Positions 26,717 through 38,034 of a DNA stretch of 64,000 nt are shown piece by piece (the stretch's first letter is position 1; every line of letters starts with the position of its first letter). The translations under genes and the position numbers were made by a program. The stretch covers positions 10,788,001-10,852,000 of the forward strand of contig OZ004608.1 in NCBI GenBank assembly GCA_963924565.1, read 5' to 3'. The notes beneath the pieces were generated by a model that was not told where the DNA came from, did not search any database, and worked only from the letters and a program-made list of their open reading frames with translations. This stretch comes from Ascidiella aspersa (lineage: Eukaryota).

Positions 26717-27072
26717 CAGCCTTTCTTAACCTGGGGTAAATTTACCCCAGGGGGTAAATTTACTCCTTTTAGGGGGTAAATCCAAGGATATGTATTCAAG
26801 CTCTAAATATTCTGGTTCCATTTTCTTCAACTAACTTTTGCGAAGCGGCTTATCTGCATTGCTAACTATCAAATATAAAGCACGAAACCGACTTCATGTT
26901 AAATATGATATTCGTTGTGTATTAGGGGGCAGCCGTCACACTGACTATAACTGATGTAATTTGTTACTTCCGTTTTTTTAATAAATGAGCACCACTTTAT
27001 ATATTGGGGGTAAATTTGATATTCATTTTTGTTCAGAGGATAAAACATACAAAAAAAGATTAAGAATCCCTG
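26717..27072. mobile_element. hAT-type MITE ~80 bp downstream of the AKR copy A stop codon
   Basis: Imperfect TIRs CAGCCTTTCTTAA / TTAAGAATCCCTG, perfect TSD GTCTAAAC. Confidence 0.88.
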
Positions 27073-27439
27073 GTCTAAACTCTAACCGAACCAAATGTAT
27101 CTGGCACTTTTAAATGTCATATTCGTAACCTAAACTATAGAAAGGTGCCACAACGAAATAAGACCTGAACACGTCGGAATAAGCCCTGTCCTAACTCATT
27201 GGAATAAGTCCTGGATCCATCGAAGTTCCATTTTAACCGCTTAAATTAGGGCTTCCCAAGCTTTGAAGTCTGCTAAAATTTTCCAAACTTATTATCGCCC
27301 TAAAATGTGCGCACATTTTAAGTGCCTTAAAAAATGTGCGGATACGTTTTAAAGTGAAAAATGAGCGCTTATATTTAAATTGAACAGGTGCGCACATTTT
27401 TAGGTGGGCAAATGATCGTAAATCGGCATACTTTGATAT

Positions 27440-27800
27440 CTCTTTTTCTCACTGTTGTCATCTAACTGTCCTTTAATTCTTGTCCTCTAACTTTAATTTA
27501 AATCGTCTCATTTAACTCTTCTCCTTTATTTCTTTCTCAAACTTCTTTTTTCAACTCTTCTTTCCAACTGGTCTTCTACCCCTTTATCCTTTACTCTTCC
27601 TACATGTGAATCTGTTAGAACTCTTCTAACTCTTCCCCTCTACCTTTTTCTTCAAACTCTTGCTCTAACTCTTCTTTCAACTCTTTCTTCAACTACTCTT
27701 AAAACTCTTCTTCTAACTCTAACTCATCTAACTCTAACTTTTGTAACTTATACTTTTCTAATTCTTACTCTTATAACTCCAATTATTCTAACTCTAAGCT
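27440..27800. repeat. Pyrimidine-rich low-complexity tract (degenerate AACTCTTCT units)
   Basis: Strong C/T skew with almost no G; recurring CTCTTCTAACTCT-like words. Confidence 0.8.
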
Positions 27801-28562
27801 AATATTTCCACTTGCATGATTTGTGCTGTGCTGTGCGCACAGTTCCGCGTGCACATGTTTGCGCAAATTGTCCAAGAAAACGCCACATCCCCTGTTGCAG
27901 CCGATGCTAAGAACAACACACTTCCGGACGTCGAAAAACTACAATTTTAAAGATCCTTATTTAGGTTTAAATCATATTTTGGGTTTATTCCCATGCCTTG
28001 CCTACAATAACAGACATGCTCCTATAAAAATCGACTGTAGGAGCATAAACGTTTAATATGTTAGTGTTGGGTGCAAACAGTATAAACACCTTGTGTGTGT
28101 TTTTGTAACAAAACTATAAAAAAAATGCTTTTGTCAAATTTGTTACAGGAATTGTGCAGGTCACGACCAAAGTCCTTAGTCCTGAGCATTTAGGGGAGCA
28201 CTTTCTTCGATTCTTAAAAATGCAGTTATTTATGCAAGGTAGAAAAAATTAGATTATGTTATTCAGTTGGAAATTATCGTAAATTAGAAAGATTTTATTT
28301 TTATTTTCTTACAAGTTGATGTCTAATCTAATCGAACGCTACATAGCTCTCGCAGTATTAACGTGCTCCAAGTTTGCAAATAATGAACAACTAATATACA
28401 GAGATTGAAACCAATTGCTTTCGGCCTAAGTTAATACGGTAACCTGTCACATGAATTCTCTTTTTTGCGAACTGATATAAATACATTCTTCTTTTTAATA
28501 AAAAGTTACAAATGTAAAGTTTTTTTGTGTTATAGACATGTTTCACAGAGACCTGCAGGTGA

Positions 28563-28807
28563 GTAATCCTGAACCTAACCCATTTATGGCCTGTTTTACT
28601 TTTCAGCAGAACAATGTAGATTTGTTATTTTGCTGTCGTACTCAAGTCTTATTCATTACACATCAAACGCTATGTCAATATTAAAAATTTTCAGAAGTTT
28701 TTTTTTTCAGAAGTGATTAAGTGTACGATTGATTTTAAATCAATATGATATCCCTGCTCGTTAATTATGTTCGATTTCCGGTTAAAGGAACGCAATGTAT
28801 CAATTAG
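28563..28807 (+). repeat. Dispersed ~230-bp segment, also present at 33313-33529 (AKR copy B intron 3)
   Basis: Colinear shared blocks: GTAATCCTGA, CCATTTATG, GCAGAACAAT, GTCGTACTCA, CAGAAGTGATTAAG, TTGATTTTAAATCA, TATCCCTGCT, TTCCGGTT, CGCAATG, CAATTAG. Confidence 0.85.
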
Positions 28808-29325
28808 TTTTTTTCTCTCTTGACAATAAAACCTTTTACTTGAATGTGGGTGCATATTTCTTTTAAAAAAAGGGTCAGACAGTGCAGTACTTACTTAGCA
28901 ATAGCTCGCGATCCGTTTGACGCTGGGTAAAACAAATATCACAAAAGTTTGCGACAGCACATTGTTAGCCGAAGTCAATAAGACACCATTAATTAAGCAG
29001 GTTCATTTCGTCAGGTACATACATCGGTATAGAAGAGTGGAAAAACACAAGGCTACGTTAAGATTCATTGGGTATTAATTCTAAAGGACGGACCGACGGA
29101 GAAATGAATTCACATGCTTGTCTCACAAACAACTTGCAACCTTCGTTTTTCTATTAACTTCAGAAGTTTTTGACAAACACTTCTTGAAGTCAAACCATGT
29201 AAAAACCAGCTTGTTTAACTGATTGATCATTTCAGCAATGATTTTTCATAAATAGTAGGCTAAACATCATTCAAGTGTTAGCTACTAAATCCAGCGCTGT
29301 CCTAGATATATTTGTTACCAGCATG

Positions 29326-29819
29326 CAGACTTAGACAACTAGATTTATTTTAGCTTTTTAAAATTAGATTAGAATTAATATTAGAACATTTCAGTTTTTC
29401 CAAATTAGATTAGAATTAAAATTAGATAATTTTAAGTTTTCTCAAATTAGATTAGAATTAGAATTACCGAATTGTTAAAAAAAAAATTTGAACTAGAATT
29501 ACTTTTAATTATTCACAATCAATCTCATTTAAATTGCGAATTATTCCGATAAGAATGTAAATGGTGAATAAGTGTGTGTTAAGTTTTATGCCTTTTAGCA
29601 TATCATATTCTTTCTATTAGACGGTAAACATCACCTACAAGTCGCGTCCCATCAAAAGAGTTTTATTTCAAATTCTTTGTTTTGACCAAGAGACTAAAAA
29701 TGCCGTTGGGCGAAGAAGCATTTTTGGTAAAATTTGAATTAGATTAGAATTAGAATTAGCCGCATTTTGCTCTAATTTATTGAATTAGAAAACTAGAATT
29801 AGCTAGTTGTCCAAGTTTG
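29326..29819. mobile_element. MITE with TTAGA/TTAGAA subterminal repeats
   Basis: TIRs CAGACTTAGACAACTAG / CTAGTTGTCCAAGTTTG, perfect 8-bp TSD CCAGCATG. Confidence 0.88.
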
Positions 29820-30164
29820 CCAGCATGGGGGTGTTTGCATAAGCTATAGTCTTGGAAATTGTAGTGGCTGACAGGCAATGTGTCGACAAACAAAAAACGG
29901 ATGAGTTTACGTCGCAGGCAATTTACTCGTGTGGGTCGGCGGTAAAGTTAATGTTTAATTTGTCCGCAGAAGTGCGTTTAACGTTTAGCTAAAATATCAT
30001 CGGCATACAGCGAACCGCACATAACTAAATTTTGCAGTTTTTGAAAGGGCTGGACAAGTTCCAGTCGAGCGGTTTTGTAAGTTTTGTGTTAAGTCATTCT
30101 CATAGTGACCTAGCTCTTATAAGTCAGGATCGAGTCTACTAAAAAGCTTTACGTACATATATAG

Positions 30165-30705
30165 CAGGGATGGTGAACCACTGTTCTGCGGGTCACAAAG
30201 TGACCCACCAGAGATTTTTAATGACCCACTTGTCTCTCTCAAAAGGATGAATGTAAAAAGCAATTCTTTTATCTTTGAGTCGTGTAAAAGTGTTGTAGGG
30301 GTTATTAGTAGGCCTATATCATTAAGAAAACTAAAAGCATTTTGTTTATCGCTGTAAAGCGTTAGAGGTGGCGATTCGTTAAGAAGGGAAATTAGGAGCT
30401 TGCAGACTAAAAATTCCGAAAACCCAGGTTAAGTCACGCTGAAAAGCTTTTCGCTAAATTCCTGTAATCCCCTAAAAATGCTGCAGCATTTGTTAACTAT
30501 TTAGGTTCTTAATATTCGTGGGAATCCGAATTTGGAAATCGCCCGAAAACCGTTAATTACCAACCAAGGCAGTAAGACTTAAAACGACGCAGCAGCAAAG
30601 TGTGGCAAAAATTAACATAAAATAAAATCTATGACCCACTTGTGCTTTTTGTAAACATTAAAGTTGTGTTTGTGACCCGTGCGATTAAAAGGTTCGCCAT
30701 CCCTG
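30165..30705. mobile_element. hAT-type MITE ending ~107 bp upstream of the AKR copy B start codon
   Basis: TIRs CAGGGATGGTGAACC / GGTTCGCCATCCCTG, perfect TSD ATATATAG. Confidence 0.92.
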
Positions 30706-30812
30706 ATATATAGAGTGTAGGCCGACTTAAACCAAGTAATTGATTTTCCAAACTTAATCACTGCCAATTTGTTTTTTAACAAGGACAATTTGAGAGGATC
30801 CACCAGTTGAAA

Positions 30813-33800
30813 ATGGCGTTAACAAAGAGCTTGGTTTTGAACACAGGCTGCAAAATGCCTTTGCTAGGATTCGGCACGTGGCAGGTAAGAGCGATGGTTT
30901 CTCAAGTTCTAATAGACGCTGTTTACCCAGGACGAGAAACTTACAACACCTTTTGACGCTGGTCTAGAATCCTACCACATTTTCATCCGGGGTTTTATAT
31001 TGCTAACAATATTTGGGTTAGGGTTGGAGTTAGCGTTTTGGTTTGGGTGGGTCTAGTATTATTTTTATGTTTATTCTTACATATTTATGCCTTCTTTGCA
31101 ATTTCAACTTTGACCACTCGTTTCGTTAGCGTTAAACTAAATGTGGTTGTAACGCGGCCTGTTTTGGAAGTGGCTAAGTTCCTAGCTACGTCACACACTG
31201 CCTCTGCTTTCAAGGTGTAACACCGATCGTGATCGAAGTATCCACAGAAAATGTAAAACCTCTAACGAATTACTTTATTTTTGGTGAACCAATCACGACA
31301 GTTTTAAACCGTGACCGTGTAGCCCACAGTGGCAGCGCAGCTGTGAAAACACAATTGTCATTAGCACAACGCAAGACTATGACGTCACAACACATGATTC
31401 AACTCCCCAAAAACGTGGAAGGAAAACAACGAAACAGTATCAAGGGTTTGGTCAACAATACTCCAAACTGGAAATAAATCACGAATTCAGTTTAACTAAG
31501 TCACTGTGGTAACGACGAATTAGTAAAAAAGCACCATATCTTAACGAGTTATCGACAGTTTCAGGCATTAACAGTTTACTGCATTTACAGCCACAATTTA
31601 CATACATCTGCAGTATACAAATACAGTTACTTTAATAAACTTATCTGATGGTTTACTTTACTTAAGCACCTTTAAGTACATTCACCAGTCAACAACAAGC
31701 AAAATAACTAAACGAATTTAACTGGAACAGCTTACAACAAAATGACTGAACAAAATCATGAAGAATATCATCAAATGTATTATTTTAACAGTAGGGGGGC
31801 GTGGAGAAATTATTAAGATCCGATTCGTTATAAGTCTCGTTTTGCTTTTGCACACATCGCCTGGCCATCGTTTAGCAGAGGCGTGTTAACGGAATGCTAG
31901 TAACATCTTCGTGTTACTTTACGAGCAATGTTTATGGTGACAGGTCTGCGTTTGGGCCACGTCATTAAATAACAACAAATAATAAGGCGACCCCTATAGT
32001 ATGCTTTTAGACCAGCGCCCACCTTTTTTCTAGTAGAGTAATAGATAGCTCAAATCAAGGTATGTTTTCCCGTTTTTAAGTTTTCCGTAAATGTCGTTTA
32101 ATAGATCGTCAACTTAAGTTGAATGTTAACCCTTGCAAGGCTTGCATACTTGTGACTGCAGGAAACACTGTAGTGGTATACATACGTATTTTAATGTAAC
32201 GTTTACAGCAACGTTTTTTGCCAAAGTTTACTGATTTCAGGCGCCAAAAGACGAGATCCAAGCAAGTGTTGAAACCGCCATCGACGTTGGCTACAGGCAC
32301 ATCGACGGTGCATGGGTATACCAAAACGAAGAGGGAACTGGCTTAGCTTTAGACAAGAAAATAAAAGAAGGAAAGATCAAGAGGGAGGATATGTTTATTA
32401 CCAGCAAGGTTATTACATAAACTGTAGTAATTTAAACTATGGTTAAACTAATATTGTACAATAAAACGCTATATTGGATATCTCTGAAAACAATTCTACC
32501 ATATATCCTTTGAACAGGGGTTCTTAAACTGGGGTCCATCAACCCCTTGGGGGTCCGCGAACTAGTTTTAGGGGTTCAATGAAGGCCTACTTAAAATAAT
32601 AGAGTATATTTAAGAAGTATTCTTTTTTTAAAGAAAACCGTTTGATTAAAAATAAAACGGTTTTGCACTGAATCTTATTTAGACTCCATTTCACTTTCCA
32701 AAATCAGCAGATTTATAAAGTCTATTTGTACTGTGACGTCAATTTATGATGTCATTTTGGATTTTTTTTTTGCCGACCGTGGTCCACGCTAGGTTAAAAA
32801 AAAGTTCAGGGGTCCGCGGTAAAAAAAGTTTAAGAACCCCTGGCCTAGAGACTTGCCATTACTGTGGCGCCTAAATTGCTATGTAAAATCCATTCACATT
32901 AAAGATCGGAATTCATGGCCGCACTTTTTTTAATTTAAAGTAGCCTTATAAGTTAATCATTACAATACAATTTAAAATGGCCTGTCGATTTCGAAACAAT
33001 TAATGGCCTGACGCTGCCGACACCTATTTTACCCTAGTTGTTTTTAATGTTTTTGCAGTTATGGTGCACATACTACAGACCAACAGAAGTACGAAAGTGC
33101 CTGAACGACACTTTAAAAAAGCTGAAAACTAGTTACGTCGACTTGTACCTTATGCATTGGCCATTTGCCATGCCTCCGGTAAGAAAACTTTTCTTTATAA
33201 AACCTATGATTTCGGTTTGTTTCTAGCTGTTTAACCAATTTTCTCTCACATGTGTTTTGAAAGAACACATAGAGTATGTTAAAGTGTTCAATGAGTTTTG
33301 GCGAATGTATAGGTAATCCTGATCCTTAACCATTTATGCCCTGCTTTACTTTTCGCAGAACAATCCAGATTTGCGATTTTCCTTGTCGTACTCAGGTCTT
33401 ATTTGTTCTACATCAAGGGACATTAAAATCAGAAGTGATTAAGCGTGCGGTTGATTTTAAATCATTATTATATCCCTGCTTGTTAATTATATGACTTCCG
33501 GTTTAAGGCACGCAATGCGCATCAATTAGATTTTGTCTAAGAATGAAAGTTTATCAAGTTTTTCTAGTCATATCTGTTGGTTCAGATTTTTAGTGATGTA
33601 CACGTATTTACTTTGTGACAAATTGCTTTTAGAATAGCAAAAACGAAGCGTTGTCGCGCGACGAAAAGGGGAACCTCCTTGAAGATTTGATAGACTACGT
33701 AGAAACTTGGAAGGTAGTAACAAGTTACATGGAAATATGATAGCTGCTTTTTCCATAGGACCATAAATTACAGGTTCGTTTCTCTCGCATCATCAGGTTA

Positions 33801-35945
33801 TGGAGGAACTTTACAAAGAGGGCCTGGCCAAAAATATCGGAGTGTCAAATTTCAACATGTACCAGTTAAACAGAGTACTGAATGAAGGTTCAGTGGTGCC
33901 AACAATCAACCAGATCGAAACGCACCCCTACCTCCAAGAGCGTCCGCTTGTTGATTTCTGCAAGTCCAAAGGAATACAACTGACTGCTTACAGCCCGCTT
34001 GGTTCTCCGCAAAGACCCTGGTAAGCAGCTAACTGTTAATATGAGATTGAATTTAAAACTATATACAGCAAATGCTTTCGTCGATACTGGCTTTGTTTGG
34101 TAAGCGAAGACAAATATCAGTTTTAGTGTTATAGAAAGTTTTTTAAATCCGTTTATTTGAGGCTACCTGTGATGACAGAATGTAACCGTTAGACTGTGCA
34201 TGGTATAAGTAGAATAACACGAAGTTACCAATCTCGTGGTTTGAAGCAGGGCTGCGGAGTCGGACTCGGGACTCGGGACTCGACGGAGTCGGTTTGTTTT
34301 GCCGGAGTCGGACTCGGGACTCGAGTAAGACCACCTAAAACTACCCGAGTCCCGAGTCTGACGTGCGCAGTCTTAAATTTTGAAACTGATATGGCCGTGA
34401 ACAGTAAATTTTGAAGGCGGAATAGCATATGGTGGGATATTTTTCAACCATGTATTGTGAGGGACTGAATTATATGACACCCCTAGAAGTGGATTGCTGA
34501 ATATCAACCTTATTTCGTTACGTAAATTGGTGAAATACAGGCTGTAGAGTCTGAGCCGGACTCGGGACTCGACAAAATCGCACATTTAACCGGAGTCGGA
34601 CTCGGGAGTCGGACTCGGGTTATTTTTAACTGACTCCGCAGCCCTGGTTTGAAGACGTAACCTTGATGAGTACGAGACAAGCCATTTTTAATGCCTTTCT
34701 CAACTTTGTATTACTCAGGGGTACCAGTGACGAACCTGTTGTCTTAAACGACCCAACACTCAAAGCTATCGGAAAAAAATACGGAAAATCGGCGGCGCAA
34801 GTCATGATCAGGTTCCAAGTGCAAAGAGGTGTCACCGTCATCCCAAAAAGTATCAAAGCGCATCGGATCAAGGAAAACTCAGAGGTTTCACTGTTCGATT
34901 ATTTTCCTATAGACCAGGGATCACCAAAACTACGGCTCGCGGAAATAATCCTATTGAAGATAAAATACAGTTAATGTTGTCGGATGCAAATTAACATTCA
35001 ACTTAGATGCGAAACAAAAGTGAATGACAATTTAATAACGCTTACTATAGTTTTGGTGAAGCAGTTATTTATTTTTCTATGTTAAGTTATTAAAGTCGAC
35101 ATCAATATAACATCCGGTCCACTTCGTCAATCCTTGCAGTTGTCTGGTCCGCAATATTCAGCCAATCCTAATATCCGTCCTACTATGAAAAAAGTTCGAT
35201 GACCTCTAAATTCTATTAATTGTTGACTTTTTTTATTTATTTGTAAACATGCAAAAAGTCATAAATAAAAAGTGTTGTAAAATTCCATGACGTGTTTCAT
35301 AGATCAGGATATAATGAAACCAGTCGTGATTAGACCAACAGCATTGAGCATTTCTTTCTTTCACAGGTTTTCGATTTCGAACTTTCAGAAGGGGACATGA
35401 AAGAAATCGCTGATCTGAATAAAGATCTGAGGTTGTGCGGCATGAACGTGTGAGTGTATTACTACAAAACTTTTGTTTTCATATTTATTGTTTTATTTAT
35501 TCCTTAGTCTATACCTGTGGTAGACAAACGTCGTTCGCGATCGACCGGCTGATCGCTACATTTCATCTGGTCGATCGCGTCAAATATGTGTTATGTCATT
35601 ACAGTAGCTGTCGCACACAAGTGGAACATTAAAATGACCAATTGTTGTCTGGACAAGCCCAATAAAGCGTTCTTTGACGTAACAAATTAACCTCGGCCGC
35701 TGGCTTGGAATGCAATTAACACTCAAAATGTTTAATAAGTGTTCTTAATTGTGACTTTTTTACGGAACCAGTCAATAATATTTGTTTAATGCCTTATTTA
35801 CCGACACTTTTTTTAAACAAATAAGCTTCTTATTTCTTCGGAAACCACTGTTAAATAACGCGTGTTTGATGACTAACAACCTGCGTTTTGTTGCAGTGCA
35901 AATCAGCTCAAGTACTGGCCGTTCCAGCCAAACTACAGCGAATAG
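30813..35945 (+). CDS. Aldo-keto reductase family 1, copy B, ~320 aa (tandem paralog of copy A)
   Basis: Exons 30813-30884, 32241-32408, 33059-33178, 33633-33713, 33797-34020, 34719-34884, 35367-35449, 35897-35945. Same intron positions as copy A; tetrad intact; YVDLYLMHWP. Confidence 0.94.
30955..32019. mobile_element. Longer member of the GGCGCTGGTCTA-TIR family (Merlin- or Mutator-like by its termini)
   Basis: Ends GACGCTGGTCTA / TAGACCAGCGCC, perfect 8-bp TSD CACCTTTT (30947-30954, 32020-32027). Superfamily is inferred. Confidence 0.75.
32515..32842. mobile_element. hAT-type MITE in AKR copy B intron 2
   Basis: TIRs CAGGGGTTCTTAAACT / AGTTTAAGAACCCCTG; TSD degraded. Confidence 0.8.
34247..34646. 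mobile_element. hAT-type MITE with GGACTC/GGAGTC subterminal repeats
   Basis: TIRs CAGGGCTGCGGAGTC / GACTCCGCAGCCCTG, perfect TSD GTTTGAAG. Confidence 0.93.
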
Positions 35946-38034
35946 GGGAAGGCGTTCGACATCTGATGCTTTCTTTGCAGCCGCTTCACCTGCATTCTTC
36001 GTATACAGACCTCAGCAAGCTGTTAATTCAGTTCCTAATTCTGCTCGTCTCGTGTCGATAGCGTTCGTTTTTACCCCGTAACACGAGTAAACACTTTACG
36101 AAATTCACTCGAGGCGTTTTGGCAAACATTAGGACCTTCATGAAAGATAAGTTATCTCAGGCGCCGATTTCCCTTAAGGTTAAAAAATAACAGACCTGCT
36201 TCGAAAACAGATTATTCAGCAAACAACGGTATGTCTAAAAAACAAAAAAATGTAAATCATTTGTTCTTAGATCGCTATAGATTTTATTTAACGCAATCAA
36301 AATAATGGTGCGTTATTGGTCAGTTTATGCAACTGCTAACCAATAATGTTTATATCTATATAGTTTGTTAAACGGCTATAGTTTGTGTATATTCAAACAC
36401 TATTTTTGCTGAACTATAAAATTTTTATTCTTTGCTCGAGGAAATTAATTTGTTTTCTTAGACCCTTTTGCTTTTACTTGAATATTCATGCTGACGATAC
36501 GCTCAGAACTCTCAAAGTTTTCTAACGTAAATTAGTGATGATAGCGTAGTGAAAAATAAATTTCAGGCAGAAGTAGCGATGCAGCAGTTCTGAAACAGCC
36601 TGTGAACAGGCGTAATGTAAACAGGACTTTAATTCGACTAAAAGCAATTCACTGTTTTGCTGAGAGTCGAACGCTCTTCACTGTAGAAACTACTTAACAG
36701 CCATGAAACATATAGCTCTTGAGACAGTGCTTCTATTCATCGAGAGCACGTAGCGAAAGGTTGACAAGTTTTTACGACGTTCAAGTGCTAAGACATAGAA
36801 GTGAAACGTCTAAACGCGCGGCCGCCTTGTGAATCCACAGTTTTAACTTTGCTATACTTGGTATATCAAACCGCACCGTAGTTAAAGGCAAGTTAATCTT
36901 ACTGTTTCGAAAATAGTTATGTGGCCTACAGCAATATGGGAAACCTGTTGAAACTGTCGAAGCCTTTTAGGGTTGCGAACCAGTGTTGATTGTTTCCAGC
37001 CAAGTTGTAGATGTTAATGTTACATAATAACATGGCCTAACGTCATTATTTTTAACTGACTTGATTCAAAGTAAGTTTTTTGGCAAATTACTTTGCTTTT
37101 TTATTAAATGAAAGATTAGACTTGAATTGACTTGATATGAAAATGACTTGGACTGGGGTTAATTTAGGAAACTAATGAGTTTTTTTTTTCGGGCGAATTT
37201 TTGTAAGTACGTGACTTGACTAATGTCAATTTGCTTGCTATATATTAATTTTTTTTCAAGTTGACCTACTCATAATCGGGCGAGTTTTGATAACTTGGCC
37301 TGAGTCACTGGTAACGTGGACTTACCTGTTATTTTTTGAAAAAGATTTGTCTCAGATCTAACTTATTTTACAAATGACTTGACCCTGATTAAGAATTTTA
37401 AAACGACTTGTTTACAACACAGGTCCAATCAATGCAGTTTACTATTCTAAAATAATATAATGCAACGTGAAAACACAAGGCGATTTACTGTTCTCTATAG
37501 TCAGATCGTGGGGTCTCTTTTTTAGGTTCTTTGTCACCTTATCTTTATTGTAACGCAAAGTAGTTTTTTTCAGTAAATTGCTTTTTTCCACTTTTAACAC
37601 TTAAGATGTCCAGAAACAGGTTTGCCAGTTGAGTAGTAGAAAGTATTTAGCCTAAGATTCAACTTTCATTTGAGAACAAGATAAAAAAATCTAAGATCGT
37701 CGGGTTTCATAAGGTTGCCTGTTTTATGACGAGACATTATGACGCAGCTTTGTGACGTCAACTCTGATATAGTTATGCGTCATTTTGCTACTTTAACCTC
37801 TTTTCTAGCTTACTCCGTTTAGAAACTGGAGCGTATGTTAAGTGTTAACCACCTTTTCTCAAAGTAAAAACGAGCACCATTATTTCATTGTTGAATCAGA
37901 GTAACTAACGGACGTCACAATTGAGCAGCAATGTATACCGATCGATGTTGTACTTGTTTCTGTTCAGGCAATAAAAAATATAGAAATTGGTTTAAAATTT
38001 ATATTATGGGTATTAGGCTTTGATTCTATCAGCC

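Noticed and set aside
28016-28046. Small hairpin ATGCTCCTATA...TGTAGGAGCAT
   Set aside because: An isolated 11-bp stem with no further ncRNA features; not supportable as a gene or terminator.
31140-31945. Possible LTR, PPT and PBS-like signals inside the 30955-32019 element
   Set aside because: No paired LTR, TSD or coding remnant that I could verify.
34143-34585. ORFs with repeated ESRVRLR / TRV peptides
   Set aside because: Translations of the hexamer subterminal repeats of a MITE.
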